From contig CANDMH010000001.1 in assembly GCA_947385785.1 (NCBI GenBank), positions 1-52,631 on the forward strand: DNA of 52,631 bases, written 5' to 3'. This stretch comes from an uncultured Lachnospiraceae bacterium. Its GTDB lineage: Bacteria > Bacillota > Clostridia > Lachnospirales > Lachnospiraceae. Positions 37,359 to 45,970 of this stretch are shown piece after piece. The notes beneath the pieces are model-generated. The model was not told where the DNA came from and did no database searches. It saw only the letters and a program-made list of their open reading frames with translations. A program made the position numbers and the translations under genes. Numbering within the stretch: position 1 is the stretch's first letter; every line of letters begins with the position of its first letter.

Positions 37359-38287
37359 TCTTCCATAGCCTCCTGGCATGCCCGCGCGATTCCTTCCGCG
37401 TCCAGCCCGTAATGGGCAAAAATCTCCGTGTTCGTCCCGCCCACCAAGTGTCCGTCGGGCAGGGCCAGGTTTACCACCTTCCTGGGGCAATGGGCGGAAA
37501 TCGCCTGGGCTACCATGCTTCCCAGGCCGCCGTAGGGAGAATGCTCTTCCACCGTCACCACCACCTTTGCTTTTCGGGCGGCTGCCAGCAGAGTTTCCTC
37601 ATCCATGGGCTTGACGCAGTACATGTCCAAAAGCCCCACGCTGCAGCCCTTCTCCTGAAGTATTTTCCCGGCCTGGAAAGCGGCCGGCACCATCTCCCCA
37701 CAGGCCACCAGCAGGATATCCTCCCCTTCCATCAGCACATTGGCCCGATTCAGGGTAAAATCCATGTCTTCGCCGTACACATCCTCCGTGGCGGAGCGGC
37801 TTACCCGCACATAGGCGGGCAGGCTGTCCTGCAGGAGCGCCTCCATCAGCCTGGCAGTCTGGAACCGGTCGCTGGGCAGGTACACCCGCATATCCGGCAG
37901 GGCCGCGAAGGCCGCTATGTCCTGGCAGGAATGGTGGGTCATGCCCAGGGCTCCGTAGCTGACGCCGCCGCTGATGCCGATGAGGGTCACATTGGCTTTG
38001 GAATAAGCCACGTCCACCTTGGCCTGCTCATAGCTTCTGGTGGAGAGGAAGCAGGCCGGGGATGCGGCGAACACCTTTTTCCCGCAGGAGGCCAGCCCTG
38101 CGGACACGGTGACCAGATTCTGCTCCGCGATCCCCATCTCCACAAACTGTGCCGGATACTTTTCCGCAAAGGCGCTCAGCGATGCGGAGCCTCTGGAATC
38201 AGAACAGACTACAACTATATCTTCATCTGTCCCGGCCGCTTCCAGCAGCGTATCGCATATTACCTGTCGGTTGGTTATCTTATTCAT
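37346..38287 (-). CDS. Transketolase C-terminal subunit (candidate AptB)
   Basis: GIAEQN, RSYEQ, GMTHH, VTVEEH..GGLG. Confidence 0.92.
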   Translation of the reverse strand: MNKITNRQVICDTLLEAAGTDEDIVVVCSDSRGSASLSAFAEKYPAQFVEMGIAEQNLVTVSAGLASCGKKVFAASPACFLSTRSYEQAKVDVAYSKANVTLIGISGGVSYGALGMTHHSCQDIAAFAALPDMRVYLPSDRFQTARLMEALLQDSLPAYVRVSRSATEDVYGEDMDFTLNRANVLMEGEDILLVACGEMVPAAFQAGKILQEKGCSVGLLDMYCVKPMDEETLLAAARKAKVVVTVEEHSPYGGLGSMVAQAISAHCPRKVVNLALPDGHLVGGTNTEIFAHYGLDAEGIARACQEAMEECNI

Positions 38288-39101
38288 TGCACACCTCCTC
38301 CAGTTCCCGCACCGCGGCTTCATACTGTTCCTTCGTCATCACGCCGTGGTGCCAGCTTTTGTTATCCTCCATGAAGGATACGCCTTTGCCCTTGATTGTA
38401 TGGGCGATGAGCACGCTGGGGCGCCCTTTCACGGCTGCCGCCTGCTCATATGCTTCCAGGAGCTGCCCGCAGTCATTTCCGTCCTCCACAGGGATCACGT
38501 TCCAGCCGAAGGATGCAAATTTCTCCCCCAGATCGTCGCTGCACATGACGTCTCTGGTGGCCCCGCTGATCTGCAGGCGGTTCCAGTCCACCGTGGCGCA
38601 GAGGTTGTCCAGATTGTAATGGGATGCAGCCATCATGGCTTCATAATTGGAGCCCTCCGCCATCTCCCCGTCTCCCAGCACCACATAGGTGCGGTAATCC
38701 CTGCCGTCCATCTTCGCCGCCAGCGCCGCCCCCACCCCCAGGGCCAGGCCGTGCCCCAGGGAGCCAGAATTCATCTCGATCCCCGGCACTTCCGTATTGG
38801 GATGCCCGATAAAACGGGAGCCGTAGGCGCTGAAGGTTTCGATGGCCTCCTGTTTATCGAAAAAGCCTTTTTCCCCCAGCACCATGTACAGAGCGTCCGC
38901 GCAATGCCCTTTGCTTAAGAAAAAACGGTCTCTGTCCGGGGAATCCCAGTTCTCCGGGGACACATGCATCACCCGAAAATACAATACCGTCAGTATGTCT
39001 ATCACGCTTAAGTCCCCGCCCACATGGCCCGCAGAGGAACGGTAGACTTCCTCTATGATATCTCTGCGCAGCCTGTAGGCTTTCTTTGTCAATTCGTCCA
39101 T
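38280..39101 (-). CDS. Transketolase N-terminal ThDP-binding subunit (candidate AptA)
   Basis: GHVGG, DRFFLSKGH, GSLGHG, GDGE..EG ThDP motif, TIKGKG, WHH. Confidence 0.93.
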   Translation of the reverse strand: MDELTKKAYRLRRDIIEEVYRSSAGHVGGDLSVIDILTVLYFRVMHVSPENWDSPDRDRFFLSKGHCADALYMVLGEKGFFDKQEAIETFSAYGSRFIGHPNTEVPGIEMNSGSLGHGLALGVGAALAAKMDGRDYRTYVVLGDGEMAEGSNYEAMMAASHYNLDNLCATVDWNRLQISGATRDVMCSDDLGEKFASFGWNVIPVEDGNDCGQLLEAYEQAAAVKGRPSVLIAHTIKGKGVSFMEDNKSWHHGVMTKEQYEAAVRELEEVCNE

Positions 39102-39144
39102 GTCTTTATCCTTTCCCGGCCTTCTGCCGCAAGTAGCACCATTC

Positions 39145-39412
39145 CAGACACTCTGCACTCTGCTGCAGGGGGTACCCTTCCTGGCACTCTGCACTCTGCT
39201 GCAGGAGACACCCTTCGTGGCACCCTGCACTCTGCTGCAGGGAGCACCCTTTCTGGCTCTCTACACTCTGCTGCAAGGAGCACCCTTCCTGGCACTCTGC
39301 ACTCTGTTGCAGGGGGGGCACCCTGGCACCCTGCACTCTGCTGCAGGAGACACCCTCCCTGGCACCCTGCACTCTGCTGCAAGGGGTACCCTTTCTCGGC
39401 ACTCTGCCGCAG
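39145..39412. repeat. ~36-bp intergenic tandem array (about 7 copies)
   Basis: Core CTGCACTCTGCTGCAGG recurs at about 39151, 39187, 39223, 39259, 39295, 39329 and 39365. Confidence 0.9.
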
Positions 39413-39487
39413 ACGGCGTTCCTGCCCCGCTCCCTCCACAAATGGTTTCTTTGCCCGGGCCTGGCTAATGCACCAACGTCCACAGCA

Positions 39488-39570
39488 TAAGGAAGTGTCT
39501 GCCTGCAGTTCTTTAGGAATTGTCGGAAAATAACTGATGCAACTTGTTTAGAAAAAACGACACTTCCTTA
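39488..39570. repeat. Family-2 element (TAAGGAAGTGTC ... GACACTTCCTTA)
   Basis: Terminal inverted repeats plus internal AGGAATTGTCGGAAAATAACTGATGCAACTTGTTT, shared with ~31083..31117. Confidence 0.8.
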
Positions 39571-39608
39571 GCCTGCGCCGCAGCCGCCTGGCGCCACCCC
39601 CGGAAGCC

Positions 39609-41021
39609 TCATACCCCGCTCTCGTAGCCGCAGACCTTCCCCTTCACTTCATCCTCATTGTCGTCATACAGATCCGGCTTCACGCCTATGTATTTGCAGG
39701 CCTCATACAATACAGGCACCACATCCCTGTGGATTCCCACGCAATGGTGGATGTAGGGACCTTCCACCAGCTTTACCTCCAGGCGCTTCCAGTTCTTCAC
39801 CTCTACCCACACGTAAGTCCCTTTTGTGTAAGGGCCTTCCACCCCCACGGCATTGCCCAGCAGCAGGGAGTATTCCCCATTGTCCCCGTCGAAGCGGCAC
39901 AGGGTCATCTCGCCGTGCTTTGCCTCGGCCTCCACCGCGCCGGGATGGGAAAATGCCAGAGGATAGCCGATGGTGGGCTTGCAGGAGGCACAGGAAAGGG
40001 GCCAGGGACCGCAGTGCTGGAGCAGCTCCCCGTTCTCATTGTCGGGATGGCGTACCGTCCAGTCGGCGAAAAAGCTTCTGGCCTCATCCATTCCGGCCGC
40101 CTCCGCAAGCACGGCGGTTATGGCTCCGTGAATGTCTGTCTCGCACACCACCGGAAGCCCCTCCTCGTTCAGCAGGCTGTTAGCGGCACAGGGCATGATG
40201 CCGATCTCTCCCTGGAGGGCGTTCCAGCACTGGATGGCCACCGCATTGCAGCCGTATTTCTCCGCCAGCCTTCTCATCGCCACCTTCAGCGCCGCCACCG
40301 TCTCAAGCTCTTCCTCTTTGATGGCAATATGAAAATGCTCCCTGCAGTAAGCTACGGTCTCCGCTACCTCTCTGCCCTCCGCCTTCGCCTGCTCCATTTC
40401 CGCCTTCAGCTCCGGCAGGGGGATGGGGGACAGCTGTATGTTGAATTTCTCCAGAAGTTCCCCTTCATTGCACATGGTGGACCAGAAATCGAAGGGACGG
40501 GGCCCGATCTGCAGGATCCTGGTGCTGCGGAAGGCTTTCACCACATTGCAGACCGCCAGGAAATTGCGGATGCCGGCCTCAAATTCCGGATCCTCCAGCC
40601 TGCAGTTGCACAGGTAAGTGAAGGGCACGCGGAACCTCCGAAGTACCTTCCCCGTGGCAAACAGCCCGCACTGGCTGTCCCGAAGGCGCACGCCCTTCTC
40701 GTCCGGCCGCTCGTCCCTGGGCCCCCACAGCAGCACCGGCACATCCAGCTCCTTCGCCAGCCTTGCCACCTCGTATTCCGTCCCGAAATTCCCGTGGGGG
40801 AAAAACAGGCCGTCCACCTTCCGCTCACGGAACTTTTCCGCAATGCGGATTCTGTCCCCGTCGTCATGGAGCAGCCCGTCCTGGGAGATATCGTCGATAT
40901 CCACAAATTCCACTCCCATGTCCTTAAGCTTCTCCCTTGTGAGATCCGCATACTTTACCGCGTCCGGTGCGGAAAAAATGCTTCTCCTTGTAGGCGCGTA
41001 ACCCAATACAATCTTTGCCAT
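39609..41021 (-). CDS. L-fucose isomerase family protein (candidate apiose isomerase)
   Basis: NFGTE, RDSQCG, AIQCW, VCETDIHG, HCG and YIHH motifs; GGAGGG RBS. Confidence 0.8.
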   Translation of the reverse strand: MAKIVLGYAPTRRSIFSAPDAVKYADLTREKLKDMGVEFVDIDDISQDGLLHDDGDRIRIAEKFRERKVDGLFFPHGNFGTEYEVARLAKELDVPVLLWGPRDERPDEKGVRLRDSQCGLFATGKVLRRFRVPFTYLCNCRLEDPEFEAGIRNFLAVCNVVKAFRSTRILQIGPRPFDFWSTMCNEGELLEKFNIQLSPIPLPELKAEMEQAKAEGREVAETVAYCREHFHIAIKEEELETVAALKVAMRRLAEKYGCNAVAIQCWNALQGEIGIMPCAANSLLNEEGLPVVCETDIHGAITAVLAEAAGMDEARSFFADWTVRHPDNENGELLQHCGPWPLSCASCKPTIGYPLAFSHPGAVEAEAKHGEMTLCRFDGDNGEYSLLLGNAVGVEGPYTKGTYVWVEVKNWKRLEVKLVEGPYIHHCVGIHRDVVPVLYEACKYIGVKPDLYDDNEDEVKGKVCGYESGV

Positions 41022-41168
41022 GTTCTTACCCTCCATACGTTTTCAAAAATCTGTAATCCGGCAAATCTATTTATTCGCTTAAATTCATAATCCGCAAAAT
41101 TCATAATCTGCGATTCCGTAATCTGCCAATCCATAACCTGCCGAATCCATAATTCGTCCTGTAGTTCT

Positions 41169-41209
41169 ATTATTCACTTAACAGAGCTTAATATCAATCA
41201 TATATTAAG
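41169..41209 (-). promoter_or_regulatory. Promoter/operator of the isomerase-transketolase-kinase operon
   Basis: Minus strand TTGATA-17-AATAAT overlapped by a CTTAATAT/ATATTAAG inverted repeat; 36/41 identical to 50984..51024. Confidence 0.75.
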
Positions 41210-41293
41210 TATATTTAATATAAATATTGACTAAATTCACTTAATTTACTATAATAAAGATGAGAAAATTTTTCAGTAAAAGGAGAACACAGA

Positions 41294-42310
41294 ATGTCCA
41301 TCACCGCGAAAGAACTGGCACAGATACTCCATTTATCCGAAGCCGCCGTCTCCATGGCCCTGAACGGCAGGTCAGGGGTCAGCACCGCCACCCGCAAAAA
41401 GGTTATGGAAACTGCCAAAGAACTGGGTTATGATTTCAGCAGAATCACCGAAAAAGCATCCCAGTCGCAGCCGCCTCAGGGGACGCTGTACTTCATCATC
41501 TACCGGAAACACGGCGCGGTGGTAGCCGATACCCCTTTTTTCTCCCATCTTTCTCAGGGAATCGATATGGGCTGCAAAAAGCATCACTATTATCTGAATG
41601 TATTTTATCTGGATGAAGGGGAAAATCCGGAACGGCAGCTTCGGGAGCTGATCCATTTTGACTGCAGGGGAATCCTGCTTCTGGGAACGGAAATGCTGGA
41701 AAATGACCTGGCTCCTTTCCTGGGGCTGCAGCTCCCCATGGTGGTCCTGGATACCTATTTCGAGACCACGGAGGCTGACTATGTATTGATCAATAACGCC
41801 CAGGGCGCTTATCTGGCCACCTGCCACCTGATCTCGCAGTGCAAGGAACAGCCTGGATACCTGCGCTCCTCCTACCCCATCAACAATTTCATCCGACGGG
41901 CGGACGGCTTCTACCGGGCAGTCCGCAGAAACGGCATGTCCACCTCCAATTCCAAAGTCCACTATCTCTCTCCCTCCCCGGAGGGCGCTTACGCGGACAT
42001 GAAGGCACTGCTGGAAAAGGGAGAAAAGCCTGCCCGCTGCTACTTTGCGGACAATGACCTCATAGCGTTGGGCGCCATGAAGGCGCTGAAGGAAAAGGGG
42101 TATCGGATTCCCCAGGATGTGGCCCTGGCAGGCTTTGACAATATGCCCGCCTCCGCTTACACGGAGCCTGCCCTGACCACTGTTAATGTGCCCAAAGAAT
42201 ATATGGGCGAGATGGCGGTGCGCCGCCTCTCGCAGTTGATTGAGGACAGGGAGAGCACGCCGGTGAAGCTGGAGGTGTCCACTACATTGGTGCGGCGGAA
42301 AACCGTGTAA
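41294..42310 (+). CDS. LacI family transcriptional regulator
   Basis: TAKELA..LSEAAVSMALN HTH; NDLIALG, IPQDVALAGFDN and LTTV motifs. Confidence 0.95.
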   Translation: MSITAKELAQILHLSEAAVSMALNGRSGVSTATRKKVMETAKELGYDFSRITEKASQSQPPQGTLYFIIYRKHGAVVADTPFFSHLSQGIDMGCKKHHYYLNVFYLDEGENPERQLRELIHFDCRGILLLGTEMLENDLAPFLGLQLPMVVLDTYFETTEADYVLINNAQGAYLATCHLISQCKEQPGYLRSSYPINNFIRRADGFYRAVRRNGMSTSNSKVHYLSPSPEGAYADMKALLEKGEKPARCYFADNDLIALGAMKALKEKGYRIPQDVALAGFDNMPASAYTEPALTTVNVPKEYMGEMAVRRLSQLIEDRESTPVKLEVSTTLVRRKTV

Positions 42311-42414
42311 ACAGTTCAAACTGGCCAAAGAATGGTATGACGGATGCCGTTTCGGCAATGCGGACGGATACATACAAACCGCAAAGCCCGGCACCAGACG
42401 GAAGCTGGAATGAT

Positions 42415-43420
42415 TTATTTATGGTATTCCTCTATCCTGCAGGTGTGCTTCCTGCTTTTCGTATCATAATTGATCCCCGCCAAAAGGATATCCCCGCCGT
42501 AATCCTGCAATATCTGAGGATAATCCCTGTTCTTGATCTGCATAATGGCGCCTTTTTCAGATTTGTTCCATTTCAGCTCGATCAGCAGTAAAGGGCAGGA
42601 AGATGTCCTCTTGGGGAAAAATACCACGTCTGCATATCCATGCCCTGACGGCAGCTCTTCTATTCTGAGGAATTCATCCACACAGCTGATATATGCAAGC
42701 CTGATTACGCTGCGAAGTGCCTGCTCATTGTTGTAGAATGTGGGAGCCGCCCCTCCTTATGCGCCTCCTCAATGATTGCCGCCACTGCCTCTTCGTCCAT
42801 GTCCAGCGTAGACTCAAGAAGATGGTCGGACTCCCGAATCAGCCTGGCTATCTCTGCATGCTTTCCTGTAGCCACGGTACGAACGAATTCTTCACGGACC
42901 TCCTCATTAGGAATATATACACATCTGCTGTCTATATCGTAGGCCAGATAGCCAAGATGAACCAGCAGGTTCAAGACATCATCCCTGTTCCTGATCGTCG
43001 TCATGTCGTTCTGGAACGTTGCCACATCCAGTCTGATATGTGCCCCTCCCAGCATCTGAATGACTGCTTCCTTCAGCCCGTCCATATCCAGTTCAATATA
43101 AAGCCTGAGGGATTCATATGTCTCGGACTGCGTCCAGTAATTTCCGATCCGCTTCCTGGCCACAGCGTCCATGACAGATTTGGGACTATAAATATGCATA
43201 TTATCTCCCAGAATATAGCCATCATACCACCTCTGCATATCTTCAAAGGAAAGAGGGGAGCTTTCGCACAAAAGCCTTACCTCATCCTCTGTAAAGCCCA
43301 CATACTGTTCCAGGGGTTCAGGCTGCGTCATAGTATATTCCCGAAAGTCCGTCATCGCGGATTGCGTGCCGTATTTTTTGATGGGCAGAATGCCTGTGAT
43401 ATAAGCGATCGAAGCAGGAA
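42415..43420 (-). pseudogene. 5'-truncated, frameshifted AAA-ATPase-like / PD-(D/E)XK (PDDEXK_9-type) gene
   Basis: AYITGILPIKKYGTQSA..WYDGY..IPNEE in one frame; after a frameshift near 42750 it continues YNNEQAL..GYADVVF..IELKW. The Walker A region is missing. Confidence 0.85.
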
Positions 43421-43558
43421 TTTCATTCAGCTTAGCATGAGTGGCAGAATTATTCAACCCTTTTCGCAAGCGAAATCACGGTAAACACACGATTTTACGG
43501 GTTCTTTTTTAGCAAAAATGCTGCTATTGCTGTAAAATGGTAATGACAACTTCTGTTT

Positions 43559-45640
43559 TCATGATTCGCCCAGATGATACAAAACCGCCTCAAACACATT
43601 GGCCGCCGCCCACAAATTATAGCTGAACCAGGAAGCGTAGGGTTCCCCGCTGTCATACCGCTCCGTCACCAGCCCGTCGGAAGGGCACCATCTCTCGGAG
43701 AGAATGCCATAGCGCCCGTAACCTGTCTTATCCGGATACAGTTCCAGCGTCTGCATCATCCAGGCAGCGGAATCCAGCGCCCGTTCCCGGTAATAGGAAT
43801 CCCCGGTAACCTCTGCCAGATACAGCAAATCTTCGTCCGCCAGCACTCCCATGGGATGGATATGAGGGTTGGATACGGAAGTCACGGAACCGCCGCAGGC
43901 ATTCCAGCCGTCTTTCAGCGGGGGATGTTCTGGGCGGGTGGGATAGCCGTAACGCCACAGGAATTCATAGCCCGCGCTGCATTTCATATCCTCCAGATAC
44001 TGCGTCTCGCCGGTTTCCTCATGGAGCAGCCTGCTGCCGTGGAGAAAGCTTAAGTTCCCCTCCTGGTCCACCGCCTTCCAGGTATCCATGGGCGCTCCCC
44101 AGCAATCCAAATTGTATACGAAATTGCGATAATATCTATGTGCCTTTTCTGCCGCTCCCACATAGGAACGCTCCCCGGTAAGCCTGGTAAGATAGAGAAG
44201 CCCCGGCACGAACCAGCAGCCTGCGAAGCCTTCCCAGTCCAGCACCTTTTTCTCATCTGCGGAATAGGTGTAGCCGAAAGCCCCGTCTTCCCGCTGGAGT
44301 AAAACCACGGCATCCAGCACTTTCCTGCATCCTTCCAGCCATACCTCACGATACGGTTCGCCTCTTTTTTTCAGGAAAAGAATGGTCTTCAGAATATAGT
44401 ACACCGCGCTGCCCTGGGTGTATGCGCAGTGGCAGTTCCTGCACAGGCCATAGTAAGTCCACCAGCCGTTCAGCCTGCTGCCTGAACCCTCTCCCACCGG
44501 AGCATACAAATCCTGGAAAAATCCCGATTCCTCCCGGTATCCCCCCACGATTCTGTCAAGCATCTCCTCTCCCGACATCGCCCGGGACAGTTTCTCCTCC
44601 ACCGACAGCGCCTGCACAGGCCTGCCGTTCCCCTGCAAATTCTGCGGTGCCCTGCCGGCCTCTGGCAGGACCTGCTGCTTACCCTCTGACAAATCCCGCG
44701 GCGGTCTGCTATCCTCTGGCGCTCCCAGCAGATACCGGCTCATTACAAGGGGATACGCCAGTATCGCCCCGCCGGTCCAGCCGATTTCCACCACATTTCT
44801 CCAGGGCTTTAATTCCGGTTCTTTATAAGGCCTGCATTTTCTGTTGGTATATTCTCCCGCGTCCGGGTCGTAATTCAGGCAGCAAAAAGCGTCCAGCATT
44901 GCTTCCGCCGCCTGCCGGAAGGTCCTGCCGAAGGAGGGACGCACATGCCTTTTCTCATATTCCCTGCGCACGATGTCATGAATGGCCAGCCGTCCTTTTC
45001 CTGCCAGCGTGTAAATCCGTCCCGTAACGGAGGCCTTTCTCCCCCGGCTTCCAATGGCGGCGGCAGGTACGGAGCGGTTCAGGAAGGCCACCGGGTCATT
45101 GGTATAGCCCAGCGTCACACCGAAGGCGTGCGGCAGCGACGCAAAGAGTCCGTTTTTCAGGTACGCCCCTTCTTCTCTCCCCTTCTCCTCCGAATAGGGG
45201 TCCACGGATACCGCCGCCGTCCCCTTTTTACAACAGAGGGCAGATATCGGCATAGCCGCCCTGTCGGCGCGGAATTCCCAGTAGGGGGAACAGAATGCCG
45301 CTTCCGGATGTTCCTTCGTCAACAAAGGGAATTCCCCGATGCGCACCTCATCCGCATGATTATCGCCGTAAATATTGCAGGGAATTACATGGTAATACTC
45401 CTCTTCCCCGGGCAGGGAAACCTCCAGCTTCATCCGGGTGTCAAAGGAAGCCTCAAACGCCATCCAAAACGCCGTCTCCTCTTCCCCCTTCTGCTCAAAG
45501 CCCGCCTGATACCTGGCTCCCTCTGTCCGGAAATCACATCCTGTCTCCGTACAGCATTCCTCCGGCACGGGAATCCAGATTTCATTTTTGCTGTAATATA
45601 GTTTTGTTTCAATTGTAAATCCGTTTTTGCTCAGAATCAT
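43559..45640 (-). CDS. Uncharacterised 693-aa protein, possible helical-toroid glycoside hydrolase
   Basis: Long ORF with natural composition, last gene of the GH28-GH78 run; W/Y/E/D-rich motifs (EIGWTGG, LQREDGAF, PMDTWKAVDQEGN). Confidence 0.75.
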   Translation of the reverse strand: MILSKNGFTIETKLYYSKNEIWIPVPEECCTETGCDFRTEGARYQAGFEQKGEEETAFWMAFEASFDTRMKLEVSLPGEEEYYHVIPCNIYGDNHADEVRIGEFPLLTKEHPEAAFCSPYWEFRADRAAMPISALCCKKGTAAVSVDPYSEEKGREEGAYLKNGLFASLPHAFGVTLGYTNDPVAFLNRSVPAAAIGSRGRKASVTGRIYTLAGKGRLAIHDIVRREYEKRHVRPSFGRTFRQAAEAMLDAFCCLNYDPDAGEYTNRKCRPYKEPELKPWRNVVEIGWTGGAILAYPLVMSRYLLGAPEDSRPPRDLSEGKQQVLPEAGRAPQNLQGNGRPVQALSVEEKLSRAMSGEEMLDRIVGGYREESGFFQDLYAPVGEGSGSRLNGWWTYYGLCRNCHCAYTQGSAVYYILKTILFLKKRGEPYREVWLEGCRKVLDAVVLLQREDGAFGYTYSADEKKVLDWEGFAGCWFVPGLLYLTRLTGERSYVGAAEKAHRYYRNFVYNLDCWGAPMDTWKAVDQEGNLSFLHGSRLLHEETGETQYLEDMKCSAGYEFLWRYGYPTRPEHPPLKDGWNACGGSVTSVSNPHIHPMGVLADEDLLYLAEVTGDSYYRERALDSAAWMMQTLELYPDKTGYGRYGILSERWCPSDGLVTERYDSGEPYASWFSYNLWAAANVFEAVLYHLGES

Positions 45641-45970
45641 ATTGTTTCCTGTCCTGTTCTGCCCTGTTCTGTTCTATTCCTTCGGCCTTACTTTGAGCCA
45701 ACTTCTTCCATTTTTCGCCCGCCATGTCCTTCGACTGAATCCTTTCTTTTCCTGCTGCCATGCTTTTCAGCTTTTTCCTCCGGCCGGTTCTTTTCTTTGG
45801 AATTGCATGAAAACAACGGATACATGATTTGTAGACACTTCCTTTTTTCCTTCGGGCGGTTCTTATGCGCTGTCTTTCGGCAGCATTTCTGTCGGCACTG
45901 TCCCTCATCTGACTGAATGGCAGAGCTTATAAACCTGCCGCAAACCAAGGGCTCTCCTTCCAAAGGCATC

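Noticed and set aside
39102-39230. N-terminal extension of the transketolase N subunit
   Set aside because: Translated tandem repeat; the family-typical start is at 39101.
39145-39412. 36-bp periodic array as a CRISPR
   Set aside because: The whole period is only 36 bp, the variable parts are homologous to each other rather than unique spacers, and there are no cas genes.
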